DNA from: a virus
Taxonomy: Duplodnaviria > Caudoviricetes
DNA: 40,783 nucleotides
IMG/VR virus record: IMGVR_UViG_3300044210_000015
Span: 1 to 40,783 of that record
Strand: one strand, 5' to 3'
Below are positions 1 through 8,118 of the stretch, piece by piece (within the stretch, counting starts at the first letter, position 1; every line of letters starts with the position of its first letter). The translations under genes were made by a program, and so were the position numbers. The notes beneath the pieces are model-generated. The model was not told the DNA's origin, made no database searches, and saw only the letters and a list, made by a program, of their open reading frames with translations.

Positions 1-109
1 GGGCCCTCGGAATCTGTACGGGTCTGGGGTGACTTGGAGTAGCGCCGGCGGTCACGCGATGTGACCGCCATACCGACCGCGGTGCGACGCCGCGAGAGGA
101 TGATTGTCG

Positions 110-736
110 ATGGCAGGCATGGGTCCACCGCCGAAGGCGGACGACCAGCGCCGCCGCCGTAATGCCACGGTCGCGATGACCCAGCTGCCGGCGGAGGGGC
201 GAGGCAACAAGCGGGCGCCGAACTGGCCGCTCATCCCCGACGTTGTTCTGACGGCGCGGCGCGAGCTCGCCGAAGGGAAGGTCGAGGAGCTCGAGTACGA
301 CCGGCAGGAACTGCTGGGCATGGGCAAGTCGACCGGGACGATCGAACGCAAGCTCGATGCCGCCCGGGAGGTACTGGCTATCTGCGAGGCGCAGCTGCGC
401 GAGCAGCGCAAGCTCGAGGCGGCACTGTGGCGGGATCTGTGGCGGCTGCCGCAGGCGGTGCAGTGGGAGCGGCTCGGGTGGATGCGGGACGTGGCGCAGT
501 ACGTGCGGCACAAGACCCTCGGCGAGCTCGGCGACCTGGACCACGCCAAGGAAGCCCGCCAGTGGAGCGACCGGCTCGGCCTGACGCCGATGAGCATGCT
601 GCGGCTGCGGTGGGTTGTGGCGGCCGATGACGTCGCGGCGAAGCGTGTGGAGCGGTCGGAGCGGACTGCTGCGCCGGCGAGCGCGCGGCGGCGGCTGAGG
701 GTGGTCGACCCTGGTGCCGTGGCGGGTGGCGCATGA
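110..736 (+). CDS. Terminase small subunit
   Basis: First gene. N-terminus MAGMGPPPK..RRRRN and C-terminal E.RQW.DRLGLTP.SMLRLRW are typical of actinophage TerS. AGAGGA RBS upstream. Confidence 0.8.
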   Translation: MAGMGPPPKADDQRRRRNATVAMTQLPAEGRGNKRAPNWPLIPDVVLTARRELAEGKVEELEYDRQELLGMGKSTGTIERKLDAAREVLAICEAQLREQRKLEAALWRDLWRLPQAVQWERLGWMRDVAQYVRHKTLGELGDLDHAKEARQWSDRLGLTPMSMLRLRWVVAADDVAAKRVERSERTAAPASARRRLRVVDPGAVAGGA

Positions 737-1242
737 AGTCCTGCTCGAAGTGCTCGACGATCCGCCCGCTCGACCAGTTCTCGCCAGCGAGGCACACGCG
801 CGACGGACGGGCCTCGCAGTGCAAGCCGTGCAAGGCGGCGTACGCACGGCGGCAGCATCACGCCAACCGGCCAGCCGAGCTCGCCCGTAAAGCCGCGTAC
901 CGTGCAGCGAACTCGGCTCGCCATGCGGAATACAACCGGGCATGGCGGGCCGCAAATCCGGACATTGAGCGCCAGGGGAAGCGACGTCGGGAAGCGGCGA
1001 GAAGAGCGCGGATGCGCAACAACCTCGTCCTGCCGTTCACCGATGCGCAGCTCTACGCCAGATTGTCGATGTGGTCTGGCTGCTGGGTGTGCGGTACCAC
1101 GCCGAACAGAATTGACCACGTGAAGCCGATCGCCGCTGGCGGCGCGCACATCCTGGCCAACCTGCGTCCGATCTGCGAGCCCTGCAACCTTCGGAAGAAG
1201 GCGAAGTGGCCGGTGACCCGCGATGCCTTGGCGCGGCCCTGA
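733..1242 (+). CDS. Free-standing HNH homing endonuclease
   Basis: CWVCG..IDHVKPIAAGGAHILANLRPICEPCN HNH motif, N-terminal CxxC pairs, ATGA overlap with terS stop. Confidence 0.88.
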   Translation: MKSCSKCSTIRPLDQFSPARHTRDGRASQCKPCKAAYARRQHHANRPAELARKAAYRAANSARHAEYNRAWRAANPDIERQGKRRREAARRARMRNNLVLPFTDAQLYARLSMWSGCWVCGTTPNRIDHVKPIAAGGAHILANLRPICEPCNLRKKAKWPVTRDALARP

Positions 1243-2812
1243 GCACGCTGGCGAGTTCCCGACGCTCGGCTGGCTGGTCGGTGAGTGGATCGAGGCGAAC
1301 TGTGTCATCCCCGACGGGGACCACATCGGCGAGCCGTACATCCTCACCGACGAGATGTGGACGTTCCTGGCCTGGCACTACCGCCTACGTCCGACCGCCA
1401 CGGAAGACGAGTGGCAGGCCGCGTGGGTGTACCGCCGGTCGCAGCTGGTGCGGCCGCAGAAGTGGGGTAAGGGGCCGTTCCTCGCGGCCATCTTCTGCGC
1501 CGAGGCGGTCGGTGATGTTCGGTTCGCCGGATGGGACGCGGCCGGCGAGCCGGTAGGGCGACCGTGGGGCACGCCGTGGATCCAGGTCACAGCGACCAGC
1601 GAGGACCAGACGGCCAACGTGTACCGGGCCCTGGTCCCGATGATCACCGAGGGCCCGTTGGCCGACTGGATCCCGGACACTGGCGATACCAGGATCAACA
1701 TCCCTGGTGGCGGCCTGATCGAGCCGGTCACGGCGTCCGGACGGGCCCGGCTCGGCCAGCGCATCACCTGCGCCGGCCAGGATGAGACGCACTGCTGGCT
1801 GGAGGCCAACGGCGGGTGGCGACTGGCGGAGACGCAGCGCCGCAACCTGTCTGGTACCGGCGGCCGCGCGATCGAGACCACGAACGCGTGGGATCCGGCA
1901 GAGCAGTCGGTGGCGCAGCGCACCGCGGAGTCGCGGGTCAAGGACGTCTACCGGGATCACAGGATGCCGCCGCGGCCGTCGCTGACCAACAAGGCGGAGC
2001 GTCGTCGCCAACTGCGGGTCGCGTACGGCGATTCGATGACGGCTCGCTCCGGATCGCCGGTGAAGCCGTGGGTCAACATCGACCGTATCGACGCCGAGGC
2101 TGTCGAGATTTCCGAGAAGGACCCGGGTCAGGCGATCCGCTTCTACTGGAACATCCCGGACGCCGGCTCCGGGGCGTGGATGGACGGCGACACCTGGGAC
2201 GGTCGGGCCGCGCCGCGCGAGGTCCCGGACGGTACCGCAGTGGTGCTCGGCATCGACGGGTCGGACGTCGACGACTGGACCGCGTTCCGCGCCGAGACCG
2301 AGGACGTCTTCCAGTTCACCCCGACGTTCGGGTCGGATCGCAAGCCGTGCATCTGGAATCCGGCCGAACATGGTGGCCAGGTTCCGCGCCTCGAGGTCGC
2401 GGCCGCGCTCGACGAGCTGATGACGCGCTTCCAGGTGGTCCGGGTGTACTGGGATCCGCCGTACTGGGAGACGGAAATCGACGAGGCCGCGGCTCGCTAC
2501 GGCGAGAAGCGGGTGGTCCGCTGGGAGACGTACCGGGTCACGCAGATGCACGCCGCGTGCGAGCGGATGCTCACGGACGTTGCCAAGGCAGGTACGACCT
2601 GGACGCACGACGGGTGCCCGGTCGCCGCACGGCACATGCGCAACGCCCGGAAGTCAGCCCGTCGGGGTGGTCGGTACGTGCTGAAGAAGGCGTCTCCGCG
2701 CCAGAAGATCGACGTCGCCGTGACCGGCATCATCTGCCACGAGGCTGCCGGCGACGTCACCGCGGCCAAGCTGTGGCCGAAGAAGCGCAGCAAGATGATC
2801 ATTCTCGGATGA
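1223..2812 (+). CDS. Terminase large subunit
   Basis: Walker A-like RPQKWGKG, Walker B-like GQDETH, nuclease LGIDGS and KIDVAV motifs; 529 aa. Confidence 0.92.
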   Translation: MPWRGPEHAGEFPTLGWLVGEWIEANCVIPDGDHIGEPYILTDEMWTFLAWHYRLRPTATEDEWQAAWVYRRSQLVRPQKWGKGPFLAAIFCAEAVGDVRFAGWDAAGEPVGRPWGTPWIQVTATSEDQTANVYRALVPMITEGPLADWIPDTGDTRINIPGGGLIEPVTASGRARLGQRITCAGQDETHCWLEANGGWRLAETQRRNLSGTGGRAIETTNAWDPAEQSVAQRTAESRVKDVYRDHRMPPRPSLTNKAERRRQLRVAYGDSMTARSGSPVKPWVNIDRIDAEAVEISEKDPGQAIRFYWNIPDAGSGAWMDGDTWDGRAAPREVPDGTAVVLGIDGSDVDDWTAFRAETEDVFQFTPTFGSDRKPCIWNPAEHGGQVPRLEVAAALDELMTRFQVVRVYWDPPYWETEIDEAAARYGEKRVVRWETYRVTQMHAACERMLTDVAKAGTTWTHDGCPVAARHMRNARKSARRGGRYVLKKASPRQKIDVAVTGIICHEAAGDVTAAKLWPKKRSKMIILG

Positions 2813-2823
2813 GGGGGGTTGCG

Positions 2824-4296
2824 ATGCCAGTTCCGGCCCCCGACGCGATCGCTGACTGGGTGTCGTACCTATCCGTCCAGCACGACGCCGAGCGCTCCGA
2901 GCTGGAGGCCTACGACCGGTACTACGAGGGCAGCCAGCCGCTGACCTACATGCATCCGGAGATCTTGCGTGAGGTGTCCGACCGCATCACGCCGGTGATC
3001 GTGTTCTGGCCTCAACTGGTCGTCGACAGCGTCGAGGAGAGGTTGGACGTTGAGGGGTTCCGGCTCCCTAGGGCGGAGTCTGGCGATGACGACATGTGGC
3101 GGGTCTGGCAGTACAACAACCTCGACGAGGAGTCGCAGAAGGCGCATATCGACGCGCTGGTGATGCGGCGCTCGTATGTGAGCGTCGGTACGAACGAGGG
3201 TGACGAGTTGACCCCGCTCGTGGTTTCTGAGTCGCCCCTGGAGATGTACGCCGATATCGACCCCAGGACTCGGAAGGTGCGGGCCGCCCTCAAGCGGGTC
3301 TCCGAGACGGATGGTGCTGGCACCACCACCCCGTACACGACTCTCTATCTCCCCGACGTGACGATCTGGTTCGAGGATGGCAAGGAGGTCGACCGTGACG
3401 AGCACAAGCTCGGCGAGGTGCCGATCGTGCCGATCCTTAACCGTCCGCGCCTGCAGGCAACGGCGAGGCTCCGCACGAATGTGGTCGGCCGCGACGGCAA
3501 CACCACGTCGATCGCGTACCGGATGGCAACCAGGTACGGGCGGTCGGAGCTCGACGCCGTGATTCCGCTGTCCGACGCAGCCTGCAAGTTGGCCTCAGAC
3601 ATGATGGTGGCGTCCGAGTTCATCGGGCTGCCGCTGCGCGGGATCTTCGGTATCGGACCCGGCGATCTCGAGGACGCCAGCGGCAATCGGATGACCGCGA
3701 TACAGGCCATCATGGGAAGGCTGTTCACGATCGACAATTCGAACGCGAAGGCGTTCGAGTTCGCGGCGGCCCGTCTCGACGGTTTCGCGACCGCCCTCGA
3801 GCAGATGGCTCAGATGGTTGCCAGCGTCGCCGGCCTACCCCCGCACTACCTGGGGATCTCGACCCAGAACCCGGCGAGCGCGGACGCGATCCGATCGGCC
3901 GAGTCCCGCTTGGTCAAGCGCGCCGAGCGCAAGCAGCGGGCTTTCGGTGGCAGCTGGGAGCAGGTCATGCGCCTGGTGCGCCGCTTTCAGCGCGGCAAGT
4001 GGGACCAGGGGCTGGTGCGACTCGAGACCGTGTGGCGCAACGCTGCGACTCCGACGATCGCCCAGAAGGCGGATGCGACGGTGAAACTCCACTCCGAGGG
4101 GATCATCACCACCAGGCAGGCTCGCCTCGACCTGGAGTACACCGACGCTCAGATCCGCGGCATGGAGAAGGACGAGGCTGCCGCTGGAGATCGACTGCTC
4201 GGCATCAAGCCGGCTGCGGTACCGGATATGCCACCGACCGAGCCAACGCCGACGGAGCCGACCAGCCCTGAGCCGGCGGTACCGGCGGCCTCGTGA
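2824..4296 (+). CDS. Portal protein (SPP1 gp6-like)
   Basis: YYEG.QPL, W..N.LD, NPASADAIR.AE..LVK motifs; follows terL. Start set at ATG 2824 after a G-rich RBS (the longer ORF-track N-terminus overlaps terL). Confidence 0.92.
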   Translation: MPVPAPDAIADWVSYLSVQHDAERSELEAYDRYYEGSQPLTYMHPEILREVSDRITPVIVFWPQLVVDSVEERLDVEGFRLPRAESGDDDMWRVWQYNNLDEESQKAHIDALVMRRSYVSVGTNEGDELTPLVVSESPLEMYADIDPRTRKVRAALKRVSETDGAGTTTPYTTLYLPDVTIWFEDGKEVDRDEHKLGEVPIVPILNRPRLQATARLRTNVVGRDGNTTSIAYRMATRYGRSELDAVIPLSDAACKLASDMMVASEFIGLPLRGIFGIGPGDLEDASGNRMTAIQAIMGRLFTIDNSNAKAFEFAAARLDGFATALEQMAQMVASVAGLPPHYLGISTQNPASADAIRSAESRLVKRAERKQRAFGGSWEQVMRLVRRFQRGKWDQGLVRLETVWRNAATPTIAQKADATVKLHSEGIITTRQARLDLEYTDAQIRGMEKDEAAAGDRLLGIKPAAVPDMPPTEPTPTEPTSPEPAVPAAS

Positions 4297-5342
4297 CTCC
4301 CGCGGCGTACGCGGCCGAGGTGCGCCTGATCGGGTCGCGCGTGTCGGCGATGCTTCTGCGCCGCTGGTCGACCGTCGACCGGGCGAACATCGCCGCGTCG
4401 TGGCGGTCGCGTCTCGCGGACGCGGTCGCCATCGTCACGGCCGGGCAGCTGGCGGCGGCGCGGCTCGCCGACCCGTACCTCGACGCGACGGTCGGGCCCG
4501 GCGACGGGGCCGCGCTGGTGGTGCCGCAGGCGCTGGCTGGCAGGACGCTGGAGGGCCGCACCCTCGAGGGGTTGTTGGATCTGCCGCGGATCGAGGCGCT
4601 CACGCTCGTCGGTCAGGACGTTTCAGCAGCTACCGCGCTGCGGAGGGCGGGGGCGAGTCTCGCGCTGTACGGGCGCACCGCTACAGCGGACAGCGCCCGG
4701 CAGGCCGTTGTGGCTGGCATGGGGGCCCGGAGAGTGGCCGGCTACTACCGGCGACTCAACCTGCCGTCGTGCGCCCGCTGCGTGATCCTGGCGGGCCGCT
4801 GGTACCGGGTCAACCAGGGGTTCAACCGGCACCCGGGCTGCGACTGCGTGCACGTCCCCGGCGACAGCCCGGGCGACGGACCCGGTTTCGACGCGAGGCG
4901 AGCGATTCTCGACGGCCAGGTGCGCGGCCTGTCGGCGGCCGAGACGGAAGCGATCAGGCTCGGCGCGGATCCGAGCCAGGTGGTCAACGCTCGCCGCGGG
5001 ATGTCCACGGTGGGCGGCCGGCGGGTGACGACGGAGGGCACGACGCGCCGCGGTATCGCTGGCGCCCGGATCCTGGCCGCTGAGGCTGACCGGGTGGCCG
5101 GGCTCGATGTGGCCGGCGCGACGTACCGCAACGTCACCATGAGCCGCGAGCGCGCGGCCGAGCTGGTCGACGCGATGCGGCGTGGCCAGACCTTCACCCG
5201 CCGCATAGCTGGCGGACGTACGCAGACTGCCGCGTACCGGCGTACCCGGACGGCGCGGCCGACGCCCGAGCAGATCCTGGCCGACGCGACGTCGCAGGAT
5301 GCCGCCATCCGGGCATTGATCAACAACGGTTACATCATCTGA
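4293..5342 (+). CDS. MuF-like minor head / capsid maturation protein
   Basis: C.RC.ILAG..Y...GF.RHP.CDC.H motif; lies between portal and scaffold. Confidence 0.75.
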   Translation: MTPAAYAAEVRLIGSRVSAMLLRRWSTVDRANIAASWRSRLADAVAIVTAGQLAAARLADPYLDATVGPGDGAALVVPQALAGRTLEGRTLEGLLDLPRIEALTLVGQDVSAATALRRAGASLALYGRTATADSARQAVVAGMGARRVAGYYRRLNLPSCARCVILAGRWYRVNQGFNRHPGCDCVHVPGDSPGDGPGFDARRAILDGQVRGLSAAETEAIRLGADPSQVVNARRGMSTVGGRRVTTEGTTRRGIAGARILAAEADRVAGLDVAGATYRNVTMSRERAAELVDAMRRGQTFTRRIAGGRTQTAAYRRTRTARPTPEQILADATSQDAAIRALINNGYII

Positions 5343-5381
5343 CCAGGTGCGATGCCTGGTCGACGAGCGGAAAGGTCCGCG

Positions 5382-5978
5382 ATGGGCCAGCCTCTGCCAC
5401 CGATCACTCCACCGGCTCCGCCGACGGGCGAGCCGTCGACCACGCCGACAACGACACCGACCACGACGCCACCGGCGACCGGTCAGCCCGGTACACCGGC
5501 GGCCGGCGACGAGCCGCTCGGCCCGGCCGGCAAGAAGGCCCTCGACGAGGAGCGTGCCGCACGCAAGGCCCTCGAGCAGCAGCTGGCGAAGCTCTCGCCG
5601 CTGGCGAAGCTTGCTGAGGTCATCGGCAAGCCGTCCGACGGGAAGCCGACCGACGACCCGGTCAAGGCGCTGACTGAGCGGCTCGGCCAGCACGAGAAGG
5701 ATCTGGCTGCTGAGCGCGAGGCCCGCTGGCGCGCCGAGGTGGCTCACGAGAAGAACCTCACCCCGGCACAGGCGGCCCGGCTGGCCGGCAAGAGCCGCGA
5801 TGAGCTGGCGGCTGATGCCGCCGCACTGCTCGCTGCGTTCGCCCCGACTGGCGGCGCCCAACCGGGGCAGCAACCGGCCACCCCGAGGCCGGATCCATCG
5901 CAGGGCCCGCGTGGCGCAGCTCGTAAGCGCGCCGGGTCGCTCGAAGACGCTGTCGCGGACCAGTTCCGCGCAGTTTGA
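5382..5978 (+). CDS. Capsid scaffolding protein
   Basis: P/T-rich N-terminus, LGPAGKKAL..ER..RK motif, coiled-coil character, directly before the major capsid gene. Confidence 0.82.
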   Translation: MGQPLPPITPPAPPTGEPSTTPTTTPTTTPPATGQPGTPAAGDEPLGPAGKKALDEERAARKALEQQLAKLSPLAKLAEVIGKPSDGKPTDDPVKALTERLGQHEKDLAAEREARWRAEVAHEKNLTPAQAARLAGKSRDELAADAAALLAAFAPTGGAQPGQQPATPRPDPSQGPRGAARKRAGSLEDAVADQFRAV

Positions 5979-6026
5979 TCGCTACCGCTGAATTCCTCGG
6001 CGGGCTACTACCTACGGAGGTAGATC

Positions 6027-7031
6027 GTGACTATCACGCTCGCCGAGGCGAGTCGAAACGCGCAGACCGATCTCGACGTCAACGTGATCGACGAGTTCCG
6101 CAAGGAGTCGACGATCCTCGACATGCTGATGTTCGACACGGCTGTCAACCCGTCCGGCGGCGGCGCCACCATGACCTACGGGTACCGGCGCCAGACCACC
6201 CAGCCGACCGCGTCGACCCGCGCGGTCAACACCGAGTACGTGCCACAGGATGTGCAGTCCGCGCAGTACACGGTGACCCTCGCGATGATGGGTGGCGCAT
6301 TCAACGTCGACCGGGTCCTGGCCAGGGTTGGTCCGGCTGCGTCCGGGTCGGTGGCGCTGCAGATGCGCCAGAAGATCAAGGCCACGAGGACGAAATTCCA
6401 GGATGAGGTCATCAATGGCGACACCGCCGTGGATGCGGCCGGGTTCGACGGCCTGGACAAGGCCCTCACGGGGAGCAGCACCGAGTTTCGGCCTACCGCG
6501 ACCACCGACTGGTCTGACCTGGACACTGACGCCAAGGTGAAGTTCACGGCGCTCGACGCCCTGGACGAGTTTCTGTCGTACCTCGACGGGTCCCCGACGC
6601 TGCTCATCGGCAACAAGCAGCTGCTCGCGAAGGTCCGCGGAATCGTCCGCCGGACCGGCCTCTACACCCGCGACCCGATCGAGGGGCTCATCGGGCAGGG
6701 CGGCCGCCCGGTCACCCGAGAGTTCTACGGCGGCGTCGTCTTCGCCGACCCGGGCGAGAAGGCCGGCACAACGGACCTGATCATCCCCACCGAGTCGCGT
6801 ACCGTCGGCGGCGCACCAGTCACCAACGTCACTGACCTGTACGCCGTCCGAATCGGCCTCGATGGGTTCCACGGCGTCACCACCGTAGGCAGCCAGCTGG
6901 TGCAGTCCTGGCTGCCTGACTTCTCGACGCCTGGAGCGGTCAAAACCGGCGAAGTCGAACTGGGTCCGGTTGCGGTCGCCCTGAAGGCGACGAAGTCAGC
7001 CGCGGTCTTCCGCAACATCAAGGTTGCGTGA
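6027..7031 (+). CDS. Major capsid protein
   Basis: 334 aa, TLAEA N-terminus, FDGLDKAL motif, GGAGG RBS, follows scaffold. Confidence 0.88.
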   Translation: MTITLAEASRNAQTDLDVNVIDEFRKESTILDMLMFDTAVNPSGGGATMTYGYRRQTTQPTASTRAVNTEYVPQDVQSAQYTVTLAMMGGAFNVDRVLARVGPAASGSVALQMRQKIKATRTKFQDEVINGDTAVDAAGFDGLDKALTGSSTEFRPTATTDWSDLDTDAKVKFTALDALDEFLSYLDGSPTLLIGNKQLLAKVRGIVRRTGLYTRDPIEGLIGQGGRPVTREFYGGVVFADPGEKAGTTDLIIPTESRTVGGAPVTNVTDLYAVRIGLDGFHGVTTVGSQLVQSWLPDFSTPGAVKTGEVELGPVAVALKATKSAAVFRNIKVA

Positions 7032-7462
7032 CCATGCGGTACCGGATCATCGCCCCCGCCAGCCCGGCAACCTGCACCGTTGCCGGGGTGGCGTTCGTCA
7101 ACGGCGTCGGCGAGACCGACTCGGAGATCGCACTCGCGTACTTCCGGCGCCACGGGTACGGCGTCGAGGAGATCCAGGAGCCGGTCGCCGAGACGGTCTC
7201 TCCGAGCTCGGCCAAGTCGGAGATCGATCCGTGTGAGCCGGCGCCAATGCCGGACCGGTGGGACTCCACCCGCGACTGGCGCGAATGGGCGTCCACGGTC
7301 GGCGGCATGACCGTCGACGAGGCCGCTCAGCTCGACCGCGAGCAGCTCGCCACGCACTTCATCCCGGAGGCGGAGGCCGCCGAACCGGCTGCTCCGGCCG
7401 AACCAACTACTAGCACCGGCCGGCAGCGCAGGCGGACGGCCAGTAGGGAGAGCACGTCATGA
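7028..7462 (+). CDS. Hypothetical head-associated protein
   Basis: Coupled to the MCP stop; GVAFVNG..ALAYFRRHGY motif of the kind found after actinophage capsid genes. Confidence 0.65.
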   Translation: MTMRYRIIAPASPATCTVAGVAFVNGVGETDSEIALAYFRRHGYGVEEIQEPVAETVSPSSAKSEIDPCEPAPMPDRWDSTRDWREWASTVGGMTVDEAAQLDREQLATHFIPEAEAAEPAAPAEPTTSTGRQRRRTASRESTS

Positions 7463-8043
7463 CCACGCTCGGCCGCTACCCCCGCAACGTCGCGGACTCG
7501 CGATCGCTCGATTTCCCGTACAACGCCCTCCCTGGCGTCGACCAGGACGCTGGTGTCACCTCCAACATTCCGGTCTGGGCTGCGGGCTCCGACCTTGCGG
7601 CGACCGGCACCGGCGTGTGCATCGCCGTCCCCGTGTTCTTGCGCGCCGGCGACATCGTTACCAGCCTCACGTTCGTTTCCGGCTCGCAGGCGGCCGTGAA
7701 CCCGACCCACTGGTTCCATGCCCTCTACGACCCGGACGGCGCGAAGTTGCGGCAGTCCGCCGACCAGCTGACCGCAGCGTGGGCTGCCAGTGCGGCGAAG
7801 AAGCTGGCGATGGCCACGACGTACACCGTGACTGCCTCCGGCTGGTACTACGCCAGCACGAGCATGACCGCAGACACGGTGGTGACGCTCGCCGGCACCG
7901 CGCCGCTGGTCGGCACCGCCACCGCGCACACCGGATCGCTCGCTCTGGGCGTGACGCACGGCACCGCGGTCGCCGGCACCGCGCCGGCCACGATCGCCAC
8001 GCCCAGCACCGTGGCGAAGTGCCCGCTGGTCATTGTTTCCTGA
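7459..8043 (+). CDS. Putative capsid decoration / virion structural protein
   Basis: A/T/G-rich 194 aa protein in the head module with ATGA coupling. Function inferred from position only. Confidence 0.55.
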   Translation: MTTLGRYPRNVADSRSLDFPYNALPGVDQDAGVTSNIPVWAAGSDLAATGTGVCIAVPVFLRAGDIVTSLTFVSGSQAAVNPTHWFHALYDPDGAKLRQSADQLTAAWAASAAKKLAMATTYTVTASGWYYASTSMTADTVVTLAGTAPLVGTATAHTGSLALGVTHGTAVAGTAPATIATPSTVAKCPLVIVS

Positions 8044-8118
8044 CCGACCGAGCTGGTGGCGGGGCGGCACGGTGACGTCCCGCCACCTCAACAACATCGA
8101 CGCGCGTAGGAGGTTCCC

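Noticed and set aside
52-1347. Long antisense and alternate-frame ORFs (e.g. 52-1347, 4623-5873, 7327-8787, 13092-14522, 14477-15859)
   Set aside because: Shadow ORFs typical of high-GC DNA. They overlap well-supported genes, are R/P/S-rich and show no motifs.
1816-2823. ORF-track N-terminal extension of the portal (826 aa); similar extensions at 16255, 19206, 30674, 31902 and 32692
   Set aside because: These overlap upstream genes in another frame; true starts are the coupled or RBS-preceded codons downstream.
6008-6023. CTACCT-ACGG-AGGTAG hairpin over the capsid RBS
   Set aside because: Only a 6-bp stem; may tune translation but is too weak to call a regulatory element.
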